A stretch of DNA of 63,860 nucleotides, counting the filler, from Actinomycetota bacterium (GTDB lineage: Bacteria; Actinomycetota; Acidimicrobiia; IMCC26256; VFJJ01): NCBI GenBank assembly GCA_009886115.1. It is 5 parts of 5 records of this genome, joined end to end, with 100 filler letters (N's around TTAATTAATTAA, not from the genome) between each part and the next. Parts side by side here need not be neighbours in the genome. Positions count along the whole stretch, not along the records: positions 49,491 to 63,860 come from VFJJ01000177.1; 4 more parts are not named here. One strand, written 5' to 3'. The notes below the pieces were generated by a model. It was given only the letters and a program-made list of their open reading frames with translations. It searched no databases and was not told the origin of the DNA. Of this stretch, positions 56,245-63,860 are shown piece after piece. The translations under genes were made by a program, and so were the position numbers. The first letter of the stretch is position 1. Every line of letters starts with the position of its first letter.

Positions 56245-58499
56245 AGTTCCTCCACAACGAGATCCTCGACGGCAATGCGAAGATCTCTCGGGTCGCCTGG
56301 GGCAATGAGACGCAGCGCGTCGGTGCCCAGTCGGATCTCGACGCGCTCGGCGTCAAAATCAAACGGGATCTCGACCGTCGCGTCGTCGGCTCCGATCGAG
56401 ATCCGACGTTCGTCGCCAGCCACTCCGACCATGAGGGTCGCGGCTTCACCGGTGGCGGTGTGGACCCGGAACCGTACGACGGCAGCGCCAGCACCTTCCC
56501 GACGAGTCGCCGTGATCTCGGCGCTCGACGAGCACCACCGGAAGTAACCGCTCGGCTCGATCAATTCCTCGAACGAACAGCCGGTGCTCCACCAGAGGAT
56601 CACCGGCTCCAGCGTCTGGTCAGCCAACTCGTCGACCCCGATTGAGCCCAGCCTCTCGGCAAGCACCGGTCGGTGCAATCGAAGGTCGTACACCGCCTCG
56701 CGCCCGTCGGGGCTCACGAGGAGGGGCTCGCCCAAGAGCGCGACCAACTCGGCTTCGATCGCAGTTGCGCCGTCGGCGTAGCCGAAGCGATCGACGTACA
56801 CGACCTCGAATCCCGCCGCGGTGACCGCATCGACCAGCTCCGGGGTCGGTTCTCGGGCAACGTAGCGCTGCCACTCCGCCTCTCGGGCCCGCATCCCGCC
56901 ATAGCTCCACTTGAGCGTACGGGAGTGAAGGTACGGCCGCAGATGGTCGTAGTCGACCATCTGCATCACTGGCGGGTGCTCAGGGAACGGGACGAAAGGT
57001 AGCTGGAACACTTCATCACCGGGCTGGAGACGAGCTTCCAGCGTTTGCACGAAAGTCTTGTCGCTGTTCCACTGGTCGGCGTTACGACGAGCGTCGGGAA
57101 CGATGGTGGCGCTCGTCTGATCGAGCACGGCAACGATCACCGTGAGAGCAGCCAACCCCACACCGAGGGCTCGCCGGCGAGGCCCGGAATCGAAACGCGG
57201 CCGCACCACGCGATCGAACCACGCTGCGAGGAAGAAGAGGCCCAGGAACGCCAGGACGATCGACAGGCGGTTCCATGCCCGGATCTGCTCGTATCCCAGC
57301 AACCCGATGATCCAGGCCAGCCCGCCCGAGGTTGAGAGCAGGATCGCCGCAACGGCGAGAACTCCAGCGGCGGGCACCAGCGGGTGGACAGATCTGCTCG
57401 ATCCCACTGAACGAGCGAACAAGGATACCAACAGGGCCATGAGTCCGACGGAGCTCAGGAGGCCCAGGAACTGGCTGATCTCGGAGTTGTTCGGTGCCGC
57501 GAGTACCCGACCGGTCCACTCGGCGAGTGCGTCGATGCGATGTCCGGGAACAGGCGACAGCATCTGGATCGGTCGCAGCGGATACGCGTCGATATCGAGA
57601 AGATTTCGCTGAGCAACCTCGGGGTTCTGCCCCTCGCTTCGCTGCTGCAAGATCGTGGGCGCGAGGTTGATGAACGTCACGCCAAGCAACACGAACGTCG
57701 AAGCCGCTGCGGCCGCGAAGGCGGTAACAGCCCGTCGGGCGATCGATGCGACGGTCCCGGCCACCAGCGCCAGGACGATCGTGAACAGCGCGTAGTAGCC
57801 GTTGGCGGAGGCCACGACGGCACACACGATGAGATCGAACACGACGCTTCGGTCACGCCGTATAGCGGGTCGCCTGGTGTGACCATCGCGGACGAACGGC
57901 GGGTCGTCGCCGAAGATCCGCAACACCAAGACCAGCGCCAATGGCACGGCGTAGTACGCACCGAGGAACTCGTGTCCGGTCCCACGGAGGAAGTGATAAG
58001 GGGCGAACGCGTAGACGATGCCGGCACCGATCGAGACGATGCGGGAGAGCATCAGCCAACGCAGCGCGAGGTAGGCCGAGATGGCGATGAGGACAAACGA
58101 TCCGAGAAAAAACAGGTTCAGCACGAGCGCGGCATCATCGGTGAACCAGCCAAGCACCTTGATGATGAGCCAGTGCAGGTTGTCGGTCCCCAGCGGGAAG
58201 TCTGCAGCCTCGCGCCCGAACGGTGCACCCACCCGTTCAGTGCGCGAGTACCAACCTGTTTCGATCACCGTCTTGATCCACGACTGCTGCGAGACCGAGT
58301 CGCCCCGGTAGTCGAACGGGACGCGCAGCGGCTGGTCGAGGAGGTCGAATACGTACGTCAACAAGATCATCACCGAACCGGTGATGATCGCGAGGTCGAC
58401 CACAGCCGCACGCCAAGGCGGTGTTGAACGGATCGCGATGTCGACGACAGCCGCAGCCGACTCGCTCGTCGCCTCGGAGGCCGGCCCAGCGTCGGCCAC
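56241..58499 (-). CDS. Large multi-TM glycan-modifying membrane protein (GT-C-like)
   Basis: YRGD, GAPFG...DFP, FAPYHFLR, IRAWNRLSI, FPE...YD and WSYGGMR, then an extracellular C-terminal domain. Confidence 0.7.
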   Translation of the reverse strand: MADAGPASEATSESAAAVVDIAIRSTPPWRAAVVDLAIITGSVMILLTYVFDLLDQPLRVPFDYRGDSVSQQSWIKTVIETGWYSRTERVGAPFGREAADFPLGTDNLHWLIIKVLGWFTDDAALVLNLFFLGSFVLIAISAYLALRWLMLSRIVSIGAGIVYAFAPYHFLRGTGHEFLGAYYAVPLALVLVLRIFGDDPPFVRDGHTRRPAIRRDRSVVFDLIVCAVVASANGYYALFTIVLALVAGTVASIARRAVTAFAAAAASTFVLLGVTFINLAPTILQQRSEGQNPEVAQRNLLDIDAYPLRPIQMLSPVPGHRIDALAEWTGRVLAAPNNSEISQFLGLLSSVGLMALLVSLFARSVGSSRSVHPLVPAAGVLAVAAILLSTSGGLAWIIGLLGYEQIRAWNRLSIVLAFLGLFFLAAWFDRVVRPRFDSGPRRRALGVGLAALTVIVAVLDQTSATIVPDARRNADQWNSDKTFVQTLEARLQPGDEVFQLPFVPFPEHPPVMQMVDYDHLRPYLHSRTLKWSYGGMRAREAEWQRYVAREPTPELVDAVTAAGFEVVYVDRFGYADGATAIEAELVALLGEPLLVSPDGREAVYDLRLHRPVLAERLGSIGVDELADQTLEPVILWWSTGCSFEELIEPSGYFRWCSSSAEITATRREGAGAAVVRFRVHTATGEAATLMVGVAGDERRISIGADDATVEIPFDFDAERVEIRLGTDALRLIAPGDPRDLRIAVEDLVVEEL

Positions 58500-58504
58500 G
58501 GCGT

Positions 58505-59227
58505 TCAGATTCGGTATTCGGCCGAGGCAGCGTCGCGGTGGAACATCTTGACGGTATCCAGCGAGAAGTCGTCGAGGTCGCGACCGAGTTGCGGCAGCTT
58601 CTTGAGGAGGTCCGGGGTCACGGTGATCACATGGCATCCACAATCGGCAGCTTGCTTGATGTTGTAGACCTCGCGAGGGCTCGCCCAGATGACCTCAATG
58701 CCGGGGTAGGGCTCTACTGCATCGACTGCGGCCTGCACGTACGGCACCGGGTCGTGACCGGCATCGGCGATCCGCCCGGCAAATACCGACAGGAACGACT
58801 CCGGTCCACCAGCCAAGGCGCCGACGACCTCGTCTACCTGAGCCCGAGTGAAGACGGCGGTCACGTTCTGCTTCACGCCAGACCCTGCCAGGCGACGCTG
58901 CAGATCACGCGACGATTCGCCCCTCGTGTTCGTGACCGGAATCTTCACGAAGACGTTGTCACCCCACGACGCGATCTTGAGCGCCTGATGTTCCATCTCG
59001 TCGAACTCGTCGGAGAACACCTCGAACGAGATCGGCACGTTTGTGACGACCTCGAGCACACCTCGCGCAAAGGCTTCGTAGTCGCTGACCCCGGCCGAGC
59101 GCATGAGGGTTGGGTTGGTGGTGAAACCCCGAATCAACGGATCGACCGCGAACTCGGCGATGGCGGCGAGATCCGCCCCGTCGGCGAAGAGCTTCAAGCT
59201 TCGGAGATCAATGTTGACCTGAAGCAT
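58505..59227 (-). CDS. Transaldolase (short FSA/TalC type)
   Basis: FADGAD, GFTTNPTLM, Schiff-base motif VKIP, NVTAVF and WASPRE. Confidence 0.9.
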   Translation of the reverse strand: MLQVNIDLRSLKLFADGADLAAIAEFAVDPLIRGFTTNPTLMRSAGVSDYEAFARGVLEVVTNVPISFEVFSDEFDEMEHQALKIASWGDNVFVKIPVTNTRGESSRDLQRRLAGSGVKQNVTAVFTRAQVDEVVGALAGGPESFLSVFAGRIADAGHDPVPYVQAAVDAVEPYPGIEVIWASPREVYNIKQAADCGCHVITVTPDLLKKLPQLGRDLDDFSLDTVKMFHRDAASAEYRI

Positions 59228-62200
59228 CGACTACAGCCCCCTCGAGTAGCCATGACACCGCATCCGCCAGCTCACCCACGACGAGATCGGGTTCGTTGGC
59301 GAGGCGCTCAGCGTATCCGCGGTCAATGAAGACAGTACGGATCCCGGCCGCCCGGCCGGCTTCAATGTCGCGCCAGCGATCGCCGACGATCGCGCTCGCT
59401 GCGAGATCTATACCCCACCTTTGTGCAGCGTCGACAAGCATGCCTGGCCGGGGCTTTCGGCACGCACAAGCATCGACATCGTCGTGCGGGCACACGATGA
59501 TGTCGTCGACGGTCACCTCCGACCGCAGCCGTTCATGAAGCTCTTCGACGGCCTCAGCGGTTGTCGAACCTCGTGCGATGTCGGGCTGGTTCGTCACCAC
59601 GATCATGAGGAACCCGGCGCCTCGCAGTCGCTCGCACGCGTCGCGGACCCCGGGGAGGATCTCGAGCTCGTCCACCGTGGCCGGTGGGTGGGGCACTCCG
59701 TCGCGGACGAAGGCCCGGTTCAACACACCGTCCCGGTCGAGGAATACCGCTCGCCGGGAAACCGGCCCGACCCCGGTCTGCTCACTCGCGGCAGGTCCGT
59801 GAGTGGCGGGGCGGGGCCCCCGCCGAGACCGTCGACGATCGATCAGCGCCGCGATCGGACAGACCAACAGCCCGAAGAACGCAATCACCAGCCCCCTACG
59901 CAGCCCCGGCGGCGCGAACTCGAACACCACATGCGATCGGCCGGCGTCGACGAGCACACCTCGAAACGCGACGTTGGTCGGGAGAATCTCGGCGTCGTCT
60001 CCGTTGACCGTCGCCTCCCACCCTGGGAAGTAGGTGTCGGGCAGTACGAGGAGCCCGCGGCATCCGGTCTCGACCGTGAGCTCGACCCGGTTCGCCTCGT
60101 AGCTCTCGATCGCCACCGAATCGCCAGCGGGATCGCACGTCTCGACGAAGGGCGCCAGATCTCCCGACTCGACGACTGCGTCTCGGCGAGGGTCGAGCCG
60201 GTCGATGTCGACTCGACCGTCGGCCTTGGTCGTTCCGGTGGCGATCAGGTGAGCGAGCACGGTGTGCTGGTCGGCTTCGACTCCGACGCTGTGCACGACC
60301 CAGGCTCGCGGGAGCGCGTCGAGGTTCTCGTAGATCCACGTCCCGTTGATCTGATCGACGAACGCGAGACCTCGAGGTAGCGCTGCGCTCGCTACATCGG
60401 TGGGGCCTCCGTACCGTAGGTCGGTCCAACCGGAGGCGTCGCTGGCGCCGGTGCCCCGGGCTTCGGTGCGCAGCCTGACCTCGACGATCCGATCACCGCT
60501 CGACGAGAGCTCCACCTCGCCCGACCGCCACTCTGGCTCGACCGGGTCGACCTTCGGAACCATCTCGTCGGAGAACAACAGGAAGCGCGACTCGTCCTCG
60601 GTGATCCCGATGACGTCGAAACGAACCCCGTCGGCAGCAGGATCCGGCCAGGCTTGGGGCCCGACCGCGTAGGAGAACGACAGGCTGGTCGCCTCAGGAG
60701 GCGGGGCAGGAAGTACCACCTCCTGCACCGGCTGCTGGTAGAGCACAACCCGAGCGTCGCCGCCGATATCGATGACCGCCCGTTGAAGCGTTGCCGAGGG
60801 GGCGATGGTCGCCAGGGTGTCGACGAGGAGCGAGGTCGTGACCGCGGGCCCCTGCCCCACGAGCACCTTCACCGCCAGTGCGTCGAACATCGGGTTGCCG
60901 AGGATGTGGTCCGCGGAGTTGAGTTCGTTCGTATAGAAGGGCCCGCCGATGAACCGGTCGTACACGGTCGGCGCGAGGAAGGCCTTCACATAGACGAGGT
61001 AGCTCTCGATGTAGAGCGCGTCGAGCATGCGGATGTCCTGGAGGCCCAGGGCTCCAGCCGTGTTGGGGTAGAGCTTGCCGTCGAGACCGTACACACGCGA
61101 GTAGGGCGACGACGCCAACTGGGCATTCACGGCCGCGAGCCAGGTGGGTTCACGGAACGGGTCGGCTCGCTGGGCGAACATCCGATACGGCATCAACGAG
61201 AACAGCTCGGCGACCATGATCAGCCCAGCGATGACCGCGACCGACCTGCGGAGGCTGATCAGCGCCACGATCGCGATCAGCGCGGCCGCGGCAGCGGCCA
61301 CCCCGACCTGTCGCAGCACCTGGGGCGTGGTTGCGAGGCTGATCGCCTGTCTGACCTCGTCGTCGCCGATGACATGGGCGACGAGCAGGCCCGCCGCCGA
61401 GAGCCACAGGGCGAATCTGCGACCGTTGAGATCGCGGGCTGCCATCACCTCGACGCCAGCGCCGGCCATCATGGCCAAGGCGAACGCCAGCGCCGGTGTG
61501 CCGAAGACCACGAAGTTGACCATGGCGACTCCGGGCAGGCCGCCGGTGAAGTCCAACAAGCCGAAGTCGTAGAGCTTGAGAAAGGCAACCAGCGCGATCA
61601 CGCCGAACACGCCGACCTGCGTCCGCTGGCGAACCGAACGGCCGGAAAGGGCGACGAGAGCCAGGGTCGGCACGGCGGCACCCACCCAGTTGCGTGTGCC
61701 CGTGAACCCCGCACCCAGAACGTCACGATACGGCGCACCCCGGTAGAACGGGGCGACGAGATTCATGAGCTGTGACAAGGGATTCGTGTACCGCCCGACT
61801 CCATCGGACGCATTGTGGATGTGGAATGCGAGCTCGAGGTAGTCGACCAGCATCAGGATGAGAGGCGCAGCCAGCATCACCCCGACGGCGAAGCCCGCGG
61901 CGAGTCGCACGAGTGATCGCGCGGTTCGACCTTCGCGCCGGACGTTGAACACGCGGCACAGCCCGTAGAGCGCGCCCGTGCCCATCACGACGAATGAGGC
62001 CTCGGGCATTCCCGCGACGATGTTCGCCGCGACGACCAGGCCCAGCCCGAACACCGACCTCCAGCCCTTCGACCTGACCACGATTTCCACCAGCAGGCAG
62101 ACGATCGGGATGTACACGAAGGATCGAACAAAGGCGTTGTTGCTGTATACGTAGAAGTACCCCGACATCGAGAACGCCGCGGCCGACACGAGCGCCGACG

Positions 62201-62687
62201 TCACGCGATACGTCAACAGGCGGGCGAGGGAGTATGTCCCGAGTGCCCCGATGCAATACGCGAGCAGGATCGCCAGGTCCCACATGAGGGGCGTGGGGTT
62301 GAGGTTCACCGGTGCCAGCAACGGATCGAACGGTGCGCTCTGCATGTTCGCTGCCTGGGGGGATCCTGCACCCTGGTAGGGGTTCCACAGCGGCAGCTCG
62401 CCGTTCTCGTACAGCCGATCGTTCACTTCAACCCACGGCTCGAACACCCAGGCCGAGGCCCCGGGATCGACGTGGTAGTACTGCTGATAGTCGGCCGGCG
62501 GGGAGTCTTCGAAGCCCGACAGGCCGTTCACGCCGGCGACGGTCCGAGCCGTGCTGAACGTCCGTCCGCCGAATGCGATCGGCCAGAACGCCACCAGCAC
62601 GATCAGGATCGAAGCCGATCCACCGATGAGATCCGGCTTGACGCGCTGCCACCGCGTCAACATCACGACCGAAGCGTCGTCCATCAC
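59208..62687 (-). CDS. YfhO-family membrane glycosyltransferase fused to a C-terminal GmhB-like HAD-IIIA heptose-bisphosphate phosphatase
   Basis: YfhO features: GELPLWNPY..G.P, YEN..ALPRAW and YFPGW.A.VNG. GmhB features: FLDRDGVLN, VTNQP, CPH...CACRKP.PGM and VGDRWRDIEAG. Confidence 0.82.
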   Translation of the reverse strand: MMDDASVVMLTRWQRVKPDLIGGSASILIVLVAFWPIAFGGRTFSTARTVAGVNGLSGFEDSPPADYQQYYHVDPGASAWVFEPWVEVNDRLYENGELPLWNPYQGAGSPQAANMQSAPFDPLLAPVNLNPTPLMWDLAILLAYCIGALGTYSLARLLTYRVTSALVSAAAFSMSGYFYVYSNNAFVRSFVYIPIVCLLVEIVVRSKGWRSVFGLGLVVAANIVAGMPEASFVVMGTGALYGLCRVFNVRREGRTARSLVRLAAGFAVGVMLAAPLILMLVDYLELAFHIHNASDGVGRYTNPLSQLMNLVAPFYRGAPYRDVLGAGFTGTRNWVGAAVPTLALVALSGRSVRQRTQVGVFGVIALVAFLKLYDFGLLDFTGGLPGVAMVNFVVFGTPALAFALAMMAGAGVEVMAARDLNGRRFALWLSAAGLLVAHVIGDDEVRQAISLATTPQVLRQVGVAAAAAALIAIVALISLRRSVAVIAGLIMVAELFSLMPYRMFAQRADPFREPTWLAAVNAQLASSPYSRVYGLDGKLYPNTAGALGLQDIRMLDALYIESYLVYVKAFLAPTVYDRFIGGPFYTNELNSADHILGNPMFDALAVKVLVGQGPAVTTSLLVDTLATIAPSATLQRAVIDIGGDARVVLYQQPVQEVVLPAPPPEATSLSFSYAVGPQAWPDPAADGVRFDVIGITEDESRFLLFSDEMVPKVDPVEPEWRSGEVELSSSGDRIVEVRLRTEARGTGASDASGWTDLRYGGPTDVASAALPRGLAFVDQINGTWIYENLDALPRAWVVHSVGVEADQHTVLAHLIATGTTKADGRVDIDRLDPRRDAVVESGDLAPFVETCDPAGDSVAIESYEANRVELTVETGCRGLLVLPDTYFPGWEATVNGDDAEILPTNVAFRGVLVDAGRSHVVFEFAPPGLRRGLVIAFFGLLVCPIAALIDRRRSRRGPRPATHGPAASEQTGVGPVSRRAVFLDRDGVLNRAFVRDGVPHPPATVDELEILPGVRDACERLRGAGFLMIVVTNQPDIARGSTTAEAVEELHERLRSEVTVDDIIVCPHDDVDACACRKPRPGMLVDAAQRWGIDLAASAIVGDRWRDIEAGRAAGIRTVFIDRGYAERLANEPDLVVGELADAVSWLLEGAVVDASGQH

Positions 62688-62702
62688 ATGGTGCCCGGCT
62701 TG

Positions 62703-63566
62703 TCAGCCCACCCGCTCGGCGAGCACAGTCATCTCGCCGAGGCGGGCTGTGATCGGCGTGTTGTCCAGCGGCGCGCCGATTCGGTGCATGATGCGTACCA
62801 GGGGAGTGACAACGGGGTGCGGGTAGGCCTCGGCCTGCCGATGGACGTATGCCAACGTGAGGGTCTTCCCGGTCGGTCGGACCGAGACGGCGGTGAGGCC
62901 GCACCGTTGCAGGAGGGCCTCGAGACCCCGGCGCGAGAAGTACGTGAGGTGCTCCTCGCGGTACTGGGGCCACGCACTGCCCATGATCCGGTGCATGAGG
63001 GAGTCGATTCGGGGGGTCGAGATCAGCACCCGCCCTCGGGTCGACAGCCGCGTGGCGACTGCGGCCAACTCGTTCTCAGGTTCGCGTACGTGCTCGATGC
63101 AGTCGACCAACGTCACCAGATCGAACTCGACTCCGGGGAACGGGTTCTCCGCCAACACCCCGCAATGGAAATGCCCACCGGGAACGCGTTCCTCCGCGCC
63201 CTTGATGGCTTTGGGGTTGAGGTCGACGCCGTACGCGTGGGCACCCCGGACGGTCACCATCTCGGCGAGCGATCCGGTTGCGCATCCGATGTCGAGCACG
63301 CGCTCGCCGTCTCGCAACCCGGCCTGATCGAGCAGCCGACTCATGGTGATCGCCTTCATCGTGACCGCGGAGGCATCCCCGTCCATGCCCCACGGGTCGT
63401 AGTAGCCCTCGCCGTAGATCTCGGCGAGTCGGTCGTTGGACGGTTGGGGATCGAGGAACTGAGTGGCGCACGATCGGCATTCGTGAAGATCGCAACCGGG
63501 GTGCATCCCGGCTCTGCACATCGCGGTCTGGCCCGATCGGCAGGCCGGGCAGCGTCGAGAGCTCAA
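62703..63566 (-). CDS. Class I SAM-dependent methyltransferase with N-terminal zinc ribbon
   Basis: CPAC...CRSC, LDIGCATG, DCIEHV, STP and EHLTYFS. Confidence 0.88.
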   Translation of the reverse strand: MSSRRCPACRSGQTAMCRAGMHPGCDLHECRSCATQFLDPQPSNDRLAEIYGEGYYDPWGMDGDASAVTMKAITMSRLLDQAGLRDGERVLDIGCATGSLAEMVTVRGAHAYGVDLNPKAIKGAEERVPGGHFHCGVLAENPFPGVEFDLVTLVDCIEHVREPENELAAVATRLSTRGRVLISTPRIDSLMHRIMGSAWPQYREEHLTYFSRRGLEALLQRCGLTAVSVRPTGKTLTLAYVHRQAEAYPHPVVTPLVRIMHRIGAPLDNTPITARLGEMTVLAERVG

Positions 63567-63860
63567 ACGGGTGCTCCAGTGCTCACGTTGGTCATGGTCC
63601 CGATCACCAGTTCACTCTCTGTCGTGTCACGGAAGTCGAACTTGGTCGCGGCGGCCAAGTGCGGTCATCGCGGACACGGTACCCCGCCGATCCACCGGGC
63701 CATCGACACGGGCCGGAACACGACGCGGCCGCGTGTCGTCAAACGATCGACGTGGCCGCTCTTGTCGAGTCGGACAGCTCGTGCGATGATGATCTGATCG
63801 AGTCCCTCGGCTCGGCGCCCATGCTCCCGCGTTCGCGGTCTCGGGCGCCATCGAGCTTCC

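Noticed and set aside
63567..63860. Possible gene upstream of the last methyltransferase
   Set aside because: No frame gives a recognisable motif within the remaining 290 bp, so I cannot support a call.

Overview
High-GC actinobacterial DNA. The gene set and leaderless promoter style suggest Acidimicrobiia (inference). The window is five separate contigs joined by 100-nt artificial linkers (N44-TTAATTAATTAA-N44), so adjacency across the linkers carries no biological meaning. Contig 1 (1-12697): tRNA-Leu(CAG), the fhaA-fhaB-pstP-rodA-pbpA-pknB signalling and division cluster, mutY, trpG/pabA, crgA, a DnaA-box cluster, a thiolase and ybaK. Contig 2 (12798-21705): Uma2 nuclease, AAA/DUF4143 ATPase, MBL hydrolase, SDR, and two amidohydrolases flanking an Mrr-nuclease/membrane fusion gene. 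Contig 3 (21806-34080): folC, valS and a complete type I-C CRISPR-Cas operon (cas3-5-8-7-4-1-2) with a truncated array of 6 repeats. Contig 4 (34181-49390): an imuA'-imuB-dnaE2 mutasome with three LexA boxes and an orphan receiver-domain gene inside it, a histidine kinase/HDOD/degenerate HD-GYP cluster, rnhB and a HAD phosphatase. It ends in an unannotated mobile-element edge that cuts a GH38 alpha-mannosidase gene at its HTHWDREWY motif. Contig 5 (49491-63860): a surface-glycan locus with GT2s, GT-C-like membrane proteins, a transaldolase and a YfhO-GmhB fusion. The strongest novelty leads are the GH38-targeting integrative element, the receiver-split mutasome, a PafBC-like promoter before cas3, the YfhO-GmhB fusion and the membrane-anchored Mrr nuclease. 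All calls come from motif reading only; no database searches were run.
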